Below, one piece after another: positions 29,092 to 38,933 of a stretch of 64,000 nt of DNA. Made by a program: the position numbers and the translations under genes. Below the pieces are notes generated by a model that saw only the letters and a program-made list of their open reading frames with translations, was not told the origin of the DNA and ran no database searches. The number at the start of each line of letters is the position of its first letter. Position 1 is the stretch's first letter. Origin of the DNA: Candidatus Binatia bacterium (GTDB lineage Bacteria; Desulfobacterota; Binatia; Bin18); contig OY761159.2 of assembly GCA_963664395.2 (NCBI GenBank), positions 1,888,001 through 1,952,000 on the forward strand. The letters are read 5' to 3'.

Positions 29092-29829
29092 TCACTCCAG
29101 GAAGGCGGGAGCCTCCCGTTTCAGCATCCGCTTGATGGCGTCCAGATGGAGGACGGCTTGCCGGCGGTCCGCCTCAAGCTGTTCACACGTGTGACGACAC
29201 ACCTGATCGGAGACCCGTTTGAGCGGCAAGCCTGTTGAGTGGGCCAGCACCTGAACCATGCACGCCCGCTCCAGATAGTATAAATCGTCGAACGCGGTTG
29301 CCACGTCCGGCCCGGTCACAATCACGCCGTGGTTGGCGAGAAAGACAACCTTCCCATCGGCCAGCTTGTCCCTGAGCCGCTGCCCTTCCGCCTCGTCCAG
29401 GGCGAGACCGTTATACGCCTCTTCGTACGCAACCCGCTCATAGAAGCGCAGCGCATTCTGACTGATCCATTCGAGACGACCGCCGTCGATTGCGCACAGG
29501 GCGGTCGCATACGGCATATGGGTATGCAGCACGCACCGGGCGGACGGATTCCCGAGATGAATCTGGGAGTGGATGAAGAACGCCGTGGGCTCGACCTGCC
29601 ATTTGCCGTCGATCACGTGGCCATCCGGGTCGACGACGAGCAGGTCGCTCGTCTGCAATTCGGACCAATGGATGCCTTGGGGATTGATCAGAAACCGGTC
29701 GGTCGTGCCTGGGACGACCAGGCTGAAGTGATTACAGATGCCCTCACTCAGGCCGAGCCGGTCTGCCCAGCGCAGTATGGCCGTGAGATCAATTTGTGCT
29801 TGCCGAAGGGCTTCGGTATGCGTATCCAT
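29092..29829 (-). CDS. Class II aldolase/adducin family protein
   Basis: EGICNHFS, LHTHMPYA, LANHG. Confidence 0.9.
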   Translation of the reverse strand: MDTHTEALRQAQIDLTAILRWADRLGLSEGICNHFSLVVPGTTDRFLINPQGIHWSELQTSDLLVVDPDGHVIDGKWQVEPTAFFIHSQIHLGNPSARCVLHTHMPYATALCAIDGGRLEWISQNALRFYERVAYEEAYNGLALDEAEGQRLRDKLADGKVVFLANHGVIVTGPDVATAFDDLYYLERACMVQVLAHSTGLPLKRVSDQVCRHTCEQLEADRRQAVLHLDAIKRMLKREAPAFLE

Positions 29830-29905
29830 AGTGGTCCTCGCAATGCTATCTCAACAAGTCAAGGTTAATAAAGTTGCGAATTCATTTCGGGCCGGGATTC
29901 CGCGT

Positions 29906-30544
29906 CTACTTTGGGATTGGCGGACTATTTTTTACCCAGCTATTCACGAGGCTGGGGAGACGAGAAAAAATCTCTCTACCAACGAGGACCTCGTCGACAT
30001 AGCCCATGTGAAGCATATCTACGATTCGGCACAAGTAGGATTTTCCACATTCCCACCAAGTGTAATGAGCGTCGATCATCAAGTAGTGAAGGACGTTGAT
30101 ATCTTCTGCTGTCGCGAGTTCCTCAATTTCCATGCCGTCAAGCAAAGTCTCATAAACGCCATCAGCAACTCGACTGCCGAAGGTCGTTGTATAGTAATAC
30201 TCCTTGATTTCCCAAACTGCGATTGGATTCACGACGGAAGGAAAGGCCCCGTCCATCCGCCGTGCGAATGTTCGAAGGGGGACCCTGTTGCTGGTGATTG
30301 TTGTCAAAGCCCTCGGATCATAGTCACAATCTTTTCCCTTCGCTGCTGTTTCAATCCTCAGTAACCTGCGGGTGAGACTCCCAGGAGAAATATCAATCTT
30401 TTCCAGCCGACTCTCGACCTTCTCTCGGGACGGTACGAGGATTTCTCCCCTGCCTCTCTCCGTGTAACCACATTCTTGGCCAATCAAGCGAACAAATGCC
30501 CAGAAAGACTTTGGTAATTTTATAAATCGGGGGTCAGGCGTCAT
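29906..30544 (-). CDS. Putative Type II restriction endonuclease (PD-(D/E)XK), possibly internally deleted
   Basis: MDGAFP...WEIKEYY catalytic-like motif; co-transcribed with an XRE gene and divergent from an MTase; lower GC. Confidence 0.65.
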   Translation of the reverse strand: MTPDPRFIKLPKSFWAFVRLIGQECGYTERGRGEILVPSREKVESRLEKIDISPGSLTRRLLRIETAAKGKDCDYDPRALTTITSNRVPLRTFARRMDGAFPSVVNPIAVWEIKEYYYTTTFGSRVADGVYETLLDGMEIEELATAEDINVLHYLMIDAHYTWWECGKSYLCRIVDMLHMGYVDEVLVGREIFSRLPSLVNSWVKNSPPIPK

Positions 30545-30779
30545 GGTGAGGGAGATATTCTTTCAATAGGCTATAGGGATCAAGCTCAAGGGCTTTACAG
30601 ATGCTGATCGTCTCAACGAAGGTAAGCAATCGCTCACCAGATTCATACTTACTAATGAAAGATTGGGGAGCATCTAATTTTTCGGCGAGATCTTCTTGGC
30701 GCAAGCTGACCGTACGACGACGGTCTCGTAGAAGTTTACGTAATGCCTCTTCCTTTGATGAGTATCGATCGCGTTTCAT
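30534..30779 (-). CDS. XRE-family HTH regulator (probable RM controller protein)
   Basis: LRQEDLAEKL...QSFISKYESGERLL; overlaps the REase start. Confidence 0.85.
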   Translation of the reverse strand: MKRDRYSSKEEALRKLLRDRRRTVSLRQEDLAEKLDAPQSFISKYESGERLLTFVETISICKALELDPYSLLKEYLPHHDA

Positions 30780-30781
30780 AA

Positions 30782-30829
30782 ATCCCAATATAGGATACGC
30801 TTGACAGGTATCCCAAATCAGGATGTAAT
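30782..30829 (+). promoter_or_regulatory. Two ATCC-N7-GGAT operator boxes and a sigma70-like promoter TTGACA-N17-TGTAAT
   Basis: Boxes at 30782-30796 and 30810-30824; -35 at 30801-30806; -10 at 30824-30829. Confidence 0.75.
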
Positions 30830-30835
30830 GTGGGC

Positions 30836-31732
30836 ATGCTAGCGGTCAAGGAAGAAACGCCGGATATGTTTTACGGCACTGAGTTTCAACATGTGACACC
30901 GTTCAGGACTCAGTTACTCAAGTGGATCGGTAACAAGCAGCGCTTTGCACACCAGATCGCATCCTATTTTCCGACAGACATTCGGACATACTTTGAACCA
31001 TTCCTGGGAAGTGGGGCTGTTCTTGCCACTTTACAGCCTCGACAGGCCGTTGGCTCGGATGCCTTTGGCCCACTCATGGAGATATGGACAACCCTTGCCA
31101 CTGATCCCGCGAAAGTCGTTCAGTGGTATAGGGCAAGATACAAGGAGTACTTCGCGTTCGAGAAGCCCGCTGGGTATGAACGCATTAAAGCCCGGTATAA
31201 CGCCAGCCCAAATGGAGCGGATTTACTCTTCCTGTGCCGAAGCTGCTACGGCGGAGTCGTGCGGTTTCGGAAATCTGACGGATACATGTCAACACCGTGT
31301 GGCGCGCATACGCCAATCACGCCGGGGTCGTTCGCCCAACGGGTACAGATATGGAGACGCCGGCTTGTCGGCGCGACGTTTATCAAGATGGACTTCAGCC
31401 AAGCCCTGCGCAAAACAAAAAGAGGAGACTTGGTATACTGCGATCCACCGTATACCCAAAGCCAGACAATTTTGTACCAAGGCCAGGGATTTGATTTGGC
31501 TCGGCTCATGGATGAGATCGTATCCTGCAAAGCACGCGGGGTGCGGGTTGCACTCAGCATTGACGGCAAGAAGAAGTCAGGACAGATAGACTGCGCTCCA
31601 GACATCCCGCAGGGACTTTTCGAGCGAGAAGTCTTTGTGAACTGCGGACGGAGTATGCTCCGCCGATTCCAGCGCGAGGGCGAGTCATTAGAAGACGAAG
31701 TCGTTCACGACCGGCTTCTGCTCACCTATTGA
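30836..31732 (+). CDS. Dam/D12-class N6-adenine DNA methyltransferase
   Basis: LKWIGNK, EPFLGSG (motif I), YCDPPY (motif IV). Confidence 0.92.
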   Translation: MLAVKEETPDMFYGTEFQHVTPFRTQLLKWIGNKQRFAHQIASYFPTDIRTYFEPFLGSGAVLATLQPRQAVGSDAFGPLMEIWTTLATDPAKVVQWYRARYKEYFAFEKPAGYERIKARYNASPNGADLLFLCRSCYGGVVRFRKSDGYMSTPCGAHTPITPGSFAQRVQIWRRRLVGATFIKMDFSQALRKTKRGDLVYCDPPYTQSQTILYQGQGFDLARLMDEIVSCKARGVRVALSIDGKKKSGQIDCAPDIPQGLFEREVFVNCGRSMLRRFQREGESLEDEVVHDRLLLTY

Positions 31733-31879
31733 TATCCCTTCCTGGCTCCGATTGTACCGTTCTTTTTATATCTCCATCTATCTACAGGGCTTTTAGGTCC
31801 CTGAAATAAACTGTTTGACAGGCCAGTTTCTCCCCCTCCCCTAGTCGGCAGACTGGGAGAGGGAAAAGAGATAAGAAAC

Positions 31880-32302
31880 CTACGGGTCAACCCGCGCCGA
31901 GGCGTAGCCGCTGACGACCTCGACCCCATCTTGGTTGACGGTCGAGACATCCAGATCGACGATGTGACCACCCTCTTCTTGGCGGATGGCCTTTACTGTG
32001 GCTTTGGCGGTCAGGGAGTCGCCGGGCCAGACCTGGCGGGTGAAGCGCACCCCGTATTGGGTGAGGCGACCGTCGCCTACGTAATTGGTCAACATCTTAC
32101 CGGTCATGCCCATCGACAGCATGCCGTGGGCAAAGACGGACGGATAGCCCGCCACTTTGGTGACAAACACTTCATCGGTATGGACCGGATTGTAGTCGCC
32201 CGATGCGCCTGCGTATTGGACGAGTTGGGTGCGTTTGAGGTCTTCGACCACTTGTTCTTCGTGCGTATCGCCGACTTTCAATTGACTTGCTGATAATGCC
32301 AT
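31880..32302 (-). CDS. MaoC-like dehydratase
   Basis: YAGASGDYNPVH, AHGM. Confidence 0.92.
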   Translation of the reverse strand: MALSASQLKVGDTHEEQVVEDLKRTQLVQYAGASGDYNPVHTDEVFVTKVAGYPSVFAHGMLSMGMTGKMLTNYVGDGRLTQYGVRFTRQVWPGDSLTAKATVKAIRQEEGGHIVDLDVSTVNQDGVEVVSGYASARVDP

Positions 32303-32312
32303 AGCTTCCCTC

Positions 32313-32807
32313 CTACTGATCTACCGGACGCTCTGTTTGGACGCCCACGCTTCGGGCGGTAACAACGAGTTCGCCGCTCTGGTCGCGGTACTCGGTGACG
32401 GTCTCAGAAAAAATCAGCTTGCCTGAACGCTTGCCCTGTTTCTCCCATTTCTTGCCCGGCTTCTCCGTGGCGGTCAGGATATCGCCCGGTTTGGGATGGC
32501 GGTGGTATTCATAGTGCTGTTCGGCGTGCAGACCACCGCCACCACCGCCCCCGCCACTACCGCTTTCTTTTTTTACACCCGTGGGTTCTTTTCCCGAGCC
32601 GAACCACGGCTTGCCGGGTTTGGGCCGCAGAAAATAGTCGGGATCAAATTGGGCACTCGCCTGGACAAAGGTCGGCGGGGCAATGACGGACCCAGGCTCG
32701 GTTGTCTTGGCATACTCTTCGTCGGCATAAATCTCGTTATAATCACCCACGGAACGAGCAAACATGAGTATATGGCTCGCTTCGACAGGGAATTTTTCTA
32801 CTGCCAT
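32313..32807 (-). CDS. MaoC N-terminal (FAS1-like) dehydratase partner
   Basis: FARSVGD, APPTF, LHAEQHYEYHR; Gly-rich loop. Confidence 0.88.
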   Translation of the reverse strand: MAVEKFPVEASHILMFARSVGDYNEIYADEEYAKTTEPGSVIAPPTFVQASAQFDPDYFLRPKPGKPWFGSGKEPTGVKKESGSGGGGGGGGLHAEQHYEYHRHPKPGDILTATEKPGKKWEKQGKRSGKLIFSETVTEYRDQSGELVVTARSVGVQTERPVDQ

Positions 32808-32857
32808 TGGTGTCTCTCCTTTTGTGGTTATTGGCGAGTGAGGCGGGTGTACACAGG

Positions 32858-32894
32858 CCCCCTCACCCCGGCCCTCTCCCAGAGGGAGAGGGAG
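32858..32894. repeat. Family A palindrome
   Basis: CCCCTCACCCCGGCCCTCTCCCAGAGGGAGAGGG. Confidence 0.75.
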
Positions 32895-32900
32895 ATTAGG

Positions 32901-33641
32901 CTAATTGTTGAGATGTTTGCCGTAGAACAGCAGCACGCGGTGCCACATGTCTTGGGCCGGCACTGGACGATAGCTCTCCCGGTAGTCGGCAAAAAAGGCA
33001 TGCCCGGCGTTGGGATACATGCGCATCTCATACGTCTTGCCATGCTTGTCGAGTTCTTCTTTGAGACGCTCGGCGTGTTCTGGCGAAGGGTTGGGGTCCT
33101 CTTCACCAAATAAGCCCAGCACGGGGCAAGACAGCTCTTTGACCAGGTCAATAGGAGAGGTCGGGCGGGTCGGCGGAAAATCGTCCTGAATGATAAAACC
33201 GCCGGCAGAATCTACCGCCGCATCAAGATTTTTGCTCGTGCAGCCGAACATCAGCGTGTACCGCCCACCGGAACAAAAGCCGATGGCGCCAACTTTCCCG
33301 TTGGAGTCAGCCCGGCCCTTGATATGCTGCGCTGCTGCGTCCAGGTCGGCCATGGCCTGAGAGTCCGGTACGGAGAACATCACCTTGATCACATCGTTGA
33401 TATCGGTCGGGTCGGGATTGCCCTCGCGCGTATACATATCCGGTGCCAGCGCAATATAGCCTTCACGGGCAAAACGGTCGGCCACGTCTTTAATATGATC
33501 GTTTAAGCCAAAGGCTTCCATAATGACGATCACACCGGGGTGCGGCCCCTCTGTGGTTGGCTGGCTCAAGTAGGCATTGACTGGCGTATCGCCCTGGCCG
33601 GGATACTGCATCATACTGGATTGAACTTCCGGTGGTCTCAT
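32901..33641 (-). CDS. Dienelactone hydrolase family protein
   Basis: EAFGLN, GFCSGG, AGHAF. Confidence 0.92.
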   Translation of the reverse strand: MRPPEVQSSMMQYPGQGDTPVNAYLSQPTTEGPHPGVIVIMEAFGLNDHIKDVADRFAREGYIALAPDMYTREGNPDPTDINDVIKVMFSVPDSQAMADLDAAAQHIKGRADSNGKVGAIGFCSGGRYTLMFGCTSKNLDAAVDSAGGFIIQDDFPPTRPTSPIDLVKELSCPVLGLFGEEDPNPSPEHAERLKEELDKHGKTYEMRMYPNAGHAFFADYRESYRPVPAQDMWHRVLLFYGKHLNN

Positions 33642-33823
33642 GACGTCGCTCCTCCTCTATGGATAGTGAGATTATGCTACCGGGAGCATATGTCTTGCCC
33701 CTGCAGGTTTCAAGTCTCGTGGGTACAACGAAGGAGGAGAGCGAAGCTTGTGACCATGCAGAGAAGGTGGTAGGACGCAAGGCAACGCATTGCGATGAAC
33801 CGCTGAATTAGGGAGGGACGAAA

Positions 33824-34933
33824 ATGAGTCGCGCCTATAACATTATTGATTCAGACGGCCATGTTTTAGAACCGCCCAATTTTTGGGCCGACTATATTGA
33901 CCCGGCCTACCGGGACCGCGTGCCCGAACTGATTGTCGACACGGACGGCAAAGAGCGCCTGCGGATTGAAGGCCGCGTGCTGGGCGGGCAAAAAGGGTTG
34001 GGCTTTGCCGGTGCCATTGGTGCGCGGGACGGTCGGGCTTCGACCGATATTAAATACACCGAAGGCCGCAAAGGCGGTTTTGATCCGCACGCGCGTATGC
34101 CGGACATGGAACTGGACGGCATAGACGCCGTTTTTCTGTATCCCACCCTGGGCCTTTTTTCCGGCGCGATAGAAGACCCTCAACTCGCCGCGGCCACCTG
34201 CCGGGCGTATAACCGCTGGCTGGCCGATTACTGCAAGCCCTATCCTGACCGGCTGTTCGGGGTGGCCATGCTGCCGATGCAATCCATTGAGTTGGCTATC
34301 GAAGAAATGCGCTACGCCCGGAATGAACTTGGGATGCGGAGCGGTTTTCTGCGTCCCAACCCGTATAACGGTCGCATGCTGGGACATCGAGATTACGATG
34401 TCTTCTGGGCCGAAGCTCAAGAGCTCGACTTTGCCATCGGCATTCACGAGGGGACGGGTGGGATGCCGGCGGCGGGGGCCGACCGGTTTGAGGAGCTTGC
34501 CCCGCGCCATATTGTTTCTCATACCGTGGAGATGATGCTGGCGAGTTTGAGTATTATCTGGGACGGTGTGTGCGAGCGTTTTCCGAAGTTGCGTATTGCG
34601 TTTTTGGAGTCCGGCGGGGGTTGGATTGCTCCCTGGCTGGATCGTATGGACCGCCACTGTGACGATCATGGGGTGTTTACGGATTCGCCCCTCACGCTGC
34701 TCCCGAGCGAATATTTCAAGCGTCAGTGCTGGATCTCGTACGAACCGGTTGAGGGCAGCTTGGCCTATCTGGTTGACTATGTTGGCGCTGAAAAGATTCT
34801 GTGGGCAACCGATTATCCGCACCCGGACGGCTTCTTTCCTGGGGCTCCTCAAATGATCGCGGATAAACTATCGGATGAGAACAAACACAAGGTATTGGCG
34901 GAGAGTGCGAAGCAGTTTTATGGGCTGAGTTAG
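33824..34933 (+). CDS. Amidohydrolase_2 family protein
   Basis: IDSDGH, IHEG, WATDYPHPD. Confidence 0.92.
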   Translation: MSRAYNIIDSDGHVLEPPNFWADYIDPAYRDRVPELIVDTDGKERLRIEGRVLGGQKGLGFAGAIGARDGRASTDIKYTEGRKGGFDPHARMPDMELDGIDAVFLYPTLGLFSGAIEDPQLAAATCRAYNRWLADYCKPYPDRLFGVAMLPMQSIELAIEEMRYARNELGMRSGFLRPNPYNGRMLGHRDYDVFWAEAQELDFAIGIHEGTGGMPAAGADRFEELAPRHIVSHTVEMMLASLSIIWDGVCERFPKLRIAFLESGGGWIAPWLDRMDRHCDDHGVFTDSPLTLLPSEYFKRQCWISYEPVEGSLAYLVDYVGAEKILWATDYPHPDGFFPGAPQMIADKLSDENKHKVLAESAKQFYGLS

Positions 34934-34986
34934 TTGTTGCGGACAGACGTGTGTCGATCTGAGTGCGGTTCCTGGTTCAGCGTGGT

Positions 34987-35439
34987 TTATCGCGGCAAAG
35001 GTGCAAAGTGCATGCTGATAACCAGCCAGGCGCCATCGACCTGCACATAGGTCAGCATATATTGGCCGGGAATCATATCGACGGGCTCTCCCTTGAGTTT
35101 CCGGGTGAGTTGATAGTGGCCCCACGCCACCCCGGTTGTCCCGGTCATGCGATATCTCGGGTGGACGATTTCGAGCACGGCATGTTCCTGTTCGTCGAAG
35201 TATTCCTGAACAGCCTGTCGGAATGCCTCCTTGCCCTCGATGGGAAACGGTGAGTACAGTCCATACAGGACGATCTTTTCGTGGACAGTGGCAACGGCCG
35301 CGTTCAGGTCTCCGGTATTAAGGGCTTTCATCTCGGAGCTGAAAGCGGTAATGAGGGCCTCGCGCTCCGATTGCCCGAGGGCCGCACCCCACAGCAAGAG
35401 GCTCCAGGCACAGACAAGGCATATTCGTAGAAGAGTCAT
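34987..35439 (-). CDS. Secreted NTF2-like (DUF4440/SnoaL) protein
   Basis: Signal peptide, PIEGKEAF, AWGHY, W.VISMHFAPL; alternative start at 35466. Confidence 0.75.
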   Translation of the reverse strand: MTLLRICLVCAWSLLLWGAALGQSEREALITAFSSEMKALNTGDLNAAVATVHEKIVLYGLYSPFPIEGKEAFRQAVQEYFDEQEHAVLEIVHPRYRMTGTTGVAWGHYQLTRKLKGEPVDMIPGQYMLTYVQVDGAWLVISMHFAPLPR

Positions 35440-35465
35440 TCTCAGCGCGCTCCGGTTTGCCCGCA

Positions 35466-35927
35466 TTACAGCGGAGAGAAGTCCAAGGCAACTACCAGCC
35501 ATTTGCCTTCCTCCTTGGCATAGGTAAAGGTGTAGCGGCCATGCAGTATTCTTCGCGGACCAACCCGGGGTTGCTCGCGCACGGTGTAATGTCCCCATGC
35601 CAGCCCACTCGTTTCGATAACGAAAAATTTTGCATTTACGGAATGCCATTTGACATAGTCATGGTTCGTAAAATAGTCCTGCACGAGTTGTTGAATGGCG
35701 GCTTTCCCTTCGACTGCAAAGGGAGACAACGTGCCAAATAAGACAACATTCTCGTGCGCTGTCGCCGTGAAAGCAGTCGGGTCTTGTCCATTGAATAATC
35801 GGATATCAGCCTCAAAAGACTGTTGGATGTCAGTCAGGTCATCTGCCCAGACAGACACGCTTCCAAACAGCAGACTGATTCCCAGCAGGCTGATTCCCAT
35901 AACGAGACTGCGGCGTAACCCACTCAT
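35466..35927 (-). CDS. Secreted NTF2-like (DUF4440/SnoaL) protein, paralog of the neighbour
   Basis: Signal peptide (VWA-D), AVEGKAAI, AWGHY, GRYTFTY. Confidence 0.75.
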   Translation of the reverse strand: MSGLRRSLVMGISLLGISLLFGSVSVWADDLTDIQQSFEADIRLFNGQDPTAFTATAHENVVLFGTLSPFAVEGKAAIQQLVQDYFTNHDYVKWHSVNAKFFVIETSGLAWGHYTVREQPRVGPRRILHGRYTFTYAKEEGKWLVVALDFSPL

Positions 35928-36253
35928 AGCACATCTCCGGCTAGCTTCTTCGGAGTACCCCTTCCGGTGTCGCCCGTAGGCGCCGCATCTCAGCAGCCTG
36001 GGAGCAATGCGGATCTTCTCAATACAGCAGCGTATCTGTCGCGTCAAAGCTCCAGAAGAGTGCTCCGTACGGCGTACGGATTGACCTCCAATCCGTGGAT
36101 AGGAATACTATCCCAGGTCCCGGCAAGAGATCAAATGGCTGAGCAGCACAGAACCAACATTAGAAAATTCGTTCGATTCGTGTTAGGAAAGCTTGCTCTG
36201 ACCTATACTGGGAAAGACGCCGGAGCTGTCTGCTCTGGCAGAGGAGGGAGTTT

Positions 36254-38665
36254 ATGCAGGGTCTCGAAGGTGTCAAAGTGCTGGAACTCGGCCATCTTGC
36301 TTCGGCAGCATACGCGACAAAACTCATGGCCGACCTGGGAGCGAATGTCGTCAAAGCCGAAGAACCAGGCGGCGACCGGGCCCGTTGGCGCGGGCCTTTT
36401 CCAGGCGGCACAGCAGACCCGGAGCAGAGTGGTCTCTTTTTATACCTCAATACCAACAAGCGCAGTGTAACGGTTGATTTTGCGCAAGAGAAAGACCAAC
36501 TCTCTGAACTCTCCCGGCTCGTGCAGTGGGCGGACATTCTGATCCATAATTATGCGCCGTCGCGCATGACCAAACTGGGCATTGATTATCCGACCTTTCG
36601 TGCCCTCAACCCTCGGCTGGTGATGTGTTCGATCACACCATTCGGGCTGACCGGTCCGTATACAGACTATCATGCCTATGACCTCACCGTTGCCAATGCC
36701 GGCGGCTGGGCCTGGTTGAGCCCTGGTGCCTCAGACTATCCGGCCCTGCCTCCACTCAAGGCGTATGGCCATCAGACGGAATTCCAAGGCGGGCTGGCTG
36801 CCACGGTCACTACGCTGGGCGCATACTATCGGGCGCTGGCAACCGGGCGTGGGGAACATATTGATCTCGCCGTTCAAGCCTACGTGTCCTCCTTCATGGA
36901 ACAGAGCTTCGTCCATTACACGTACGGGAAGAAGGTCGCTTCACGCTTGGGCAAACGGCTGCTGTATCCGTGGGGTATTTATACGTGTCAGGACGGTCTC
37001 ATCTTTCTGGTTATCGCGGAAGAAGATCAATGGGAGCGCTTGGTTGACCTCATGGATAATCCGGAGTGGGCAAGCTGGGAGATTTTTCAAGGGGGTATAG
37101 ACCGGGCCAAGAACCAGGACGTGCTCAAGATGTATCTGGATGAGTGGTTCCAGCAGCAGCAGGTGCATGAACTGTTTCGGATGGGCCAAGAGCGACGGAT
37201 CTGTTTTGCACCGGTTCATACCATGCGTCAGCTTGGTGAAGACAAGCATCTCCGCGCGCGCCAGTTTTTTGTGGATGTCGAACATCCCAAGGCAGGCAAG
37301 TTGACCCATCTCGGTGCCCCGTACCAACTGCGCGAGCCGTGGTGGCAGATTCGTCGCCCCGCCCCTCAGCTGGGTGAGCATAATGCCGAGGTACACACTG
37401 AACTCCAAAGCATAGCGCCGCCCCCCACTCCCCAACCTCCAATCCCCAATCCCGGTCTTCCCTTAGCCGGCGTGCGGGTGACTGATTTTACCTGGGTCTG
37501 GGCCGGGCCGTTCGGCACCATGCATCTGGCTCACCTGGGGGCTGAGGTGATTAAGGTTGAATCCAACGCACGGGTGGATATTACCCGTCGGCTGCCTATT
37601 TACCCGAAGGATATGAAAGGCGGGGTGAATCGCTCCGGTATTTTCAACGAGTGGAGCATGGGCAAGAAGAGTCTGCTCCTCAACGTCGCCAAACCGCAGG
37701 GCATACAGATTGTCAAAGAGCTCATCAAGCAGAGCGATGTGGTGGTGGATAATTTTGCGACTGGTGTCATGGACAACCTTGGTCTCAATTACGATGATTT
37801 GAAAAAGATCAAGCCGGATATCATTGTGGCCTCGATCTCGGGTTTTGGCCATTCCGGACCGCAGAAAAAATATATGGGCTATGGTCCGGCTATGGCTCCG
37901 GTCAGCGGTTTATCGTCCCTCACCGGCTATCAGGGCGGCTCGCCACAAGAGGTTGGGATTTCGTATGGCGACCCGAATAGCGGCATTCATGCCGCCGCCG
38001 CAATCTGCGCCGCGCTGGTCGCCCGAAAACGCACCGGCCAAGGTCAGTATATTGACGTGTCGCTGCTTGAGGCTGTGGCCGCTCTGGTGTCCGAAGGCTG
38101 GATGGACTACGTCATGAACGGCACCCAGCCAGAGCGCGACGGGAACCACGATCCCCTCATGGCTCCGCACAACTGCTTTCGCTGTGCGGGAGAAGATGCC
38201 TGGGTATCCATCGCGTGTGGCTCGGACGAAGAATGGCACGCCTTGTGTCAGGCTATTGGCGAGCCCCAACTCGCCCTTGATACACGCTTTAGTACAGCTC
38301 CCAATCGGAAAGCGAACGAAGACGCGCTGGAAAAACTGCTGACCGAGTGGACCAGCCAACGCGACCGCTGGGCAGTGACGAAGATCCTCCAAGAGGCTGG
38401 CGTTGCCGCCTTTCCGGCGATGAGTGCTGCCGATCTTGTAGAGGATAAGAATCTGGAAGCACGCGGGGCGTTCTCGCGCCTGCCTCATCCGGAAGTCGGC
38501 CCCCGACTCCATATGGGTATCCCCTGGTTACTGACCGAATCACCCAACGGCGTCCGCACGCCGGCTCCGTTGCTCGGCCAGCATACGGACGAGGTGATGC
38601 AGAACGTGCTGGGATATGCGCCGGAAGAGATTGCGCGGCTCAAAGAAGAGAAGGTGCTGGATTAG
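36254..38665 (+). CDS. Tandem two-domain family III (CaiB/BaiF) CoA-transferase
   Basis: Two LxGVxV...LGAxVxKxE modules joined by a Pro-rich linker. Confidence 0.92.
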   Translation: MQGLEGVKVLELGHLASAAYATKLMADLGANVVKAEEPGGDRARWRGPFPGGTADPEQSGLFLYLNTNKRSVTVDFAQEKDQLSELSRLVQWADILIHNYAPSRMTKLGIDYPTFRALNPRLVMCSITPFGLTGPYTDYHAYDLTVANAGGWAWLSPGASDYPALPPLKAYGHQTEFQGGLAATVTTLGAYYRALATGRGEHIDLAVQAYVSSFMEQSFVHYTYGKKVASRLGKRLLYPWGIYTCQDGLIFLVIAEEDQWERLVDLMDNPEWASWEIFQGGIDRAKNQDVLKMYLDEWFQQQQVHELFRMGQERRICFAPVHTMRQLGEDKHLRARQFFVDVEHPKAGKLTHLGAPYQLREPWWQIRRPAPQLGEHNAEVHTELQSIAPPPTPQPPIPNPGLPLAGVRVTDFTWVWAGPFGTMHLAHLGAEVIKVESNARVDITRRLPIYPKDMKGGVNRSGIFNEWSMGKKSLLLNVAKPQGIQIVKELIKQSDVVVDNFATGVMDNLGLNYDDLKKIKPDIIVASISGFGHSGPQKKYMGYGPAMAPVSGLSSLTGYQGGSPQEVGISYGDPNSGIHAAAAICAALVARKRTGQGQYIDVSLLEAVAALVSEGWMDYVMNGTQPERDGNHDPLMAPHNCFRCAGEDAWVSIACGSDEEWHALCQAIGEPQLALDTRFSTAPNRKANEDALEKLLTEWTSQRDRWAVTKILQEAGVAAFPAMSAADLVEDKNLEARGAFSRLPHPEVGPRLHMGIPWLLTESPNGVRTPAPLLGQHTDEVMQNVLGYAPEEIARLKEEKVLD

Positions 38666-38729
38666 TCGCGGCGTTTCATTCGCTTGTGATAGACAATGGC
38701 TCACGGATAACCTCACGTTCGTGGCGGGG

Positions 38730-38800
38730 TCGCCCAGTGACGGTGCAGCTTCCGGCTTCTGGCCACCGCGGTCAGAAACTCGTCTCGCCGCCGCCGCGAT
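38730..38800 (-). pseudogene. Remnant resembling the N-terminus of a RimJ/RimL-type GNAT acetyltransferase
   Basis: DEFLTAVARSRKLHRHWATPP. Confidence 0.4.
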
Positions 38801-38933
38801 GGCATCTCAAGAATGTCTCGCACTGTGTGGGTCTCCCGTCTGTGCGTCACTCTGAATGTTTTCTTGTCCGCAGCCAGCGAAACCGTGTAAGACACAAGCA
38901 TACTGGAGAGAAAAGATCAAAAGGAGGAGCACG

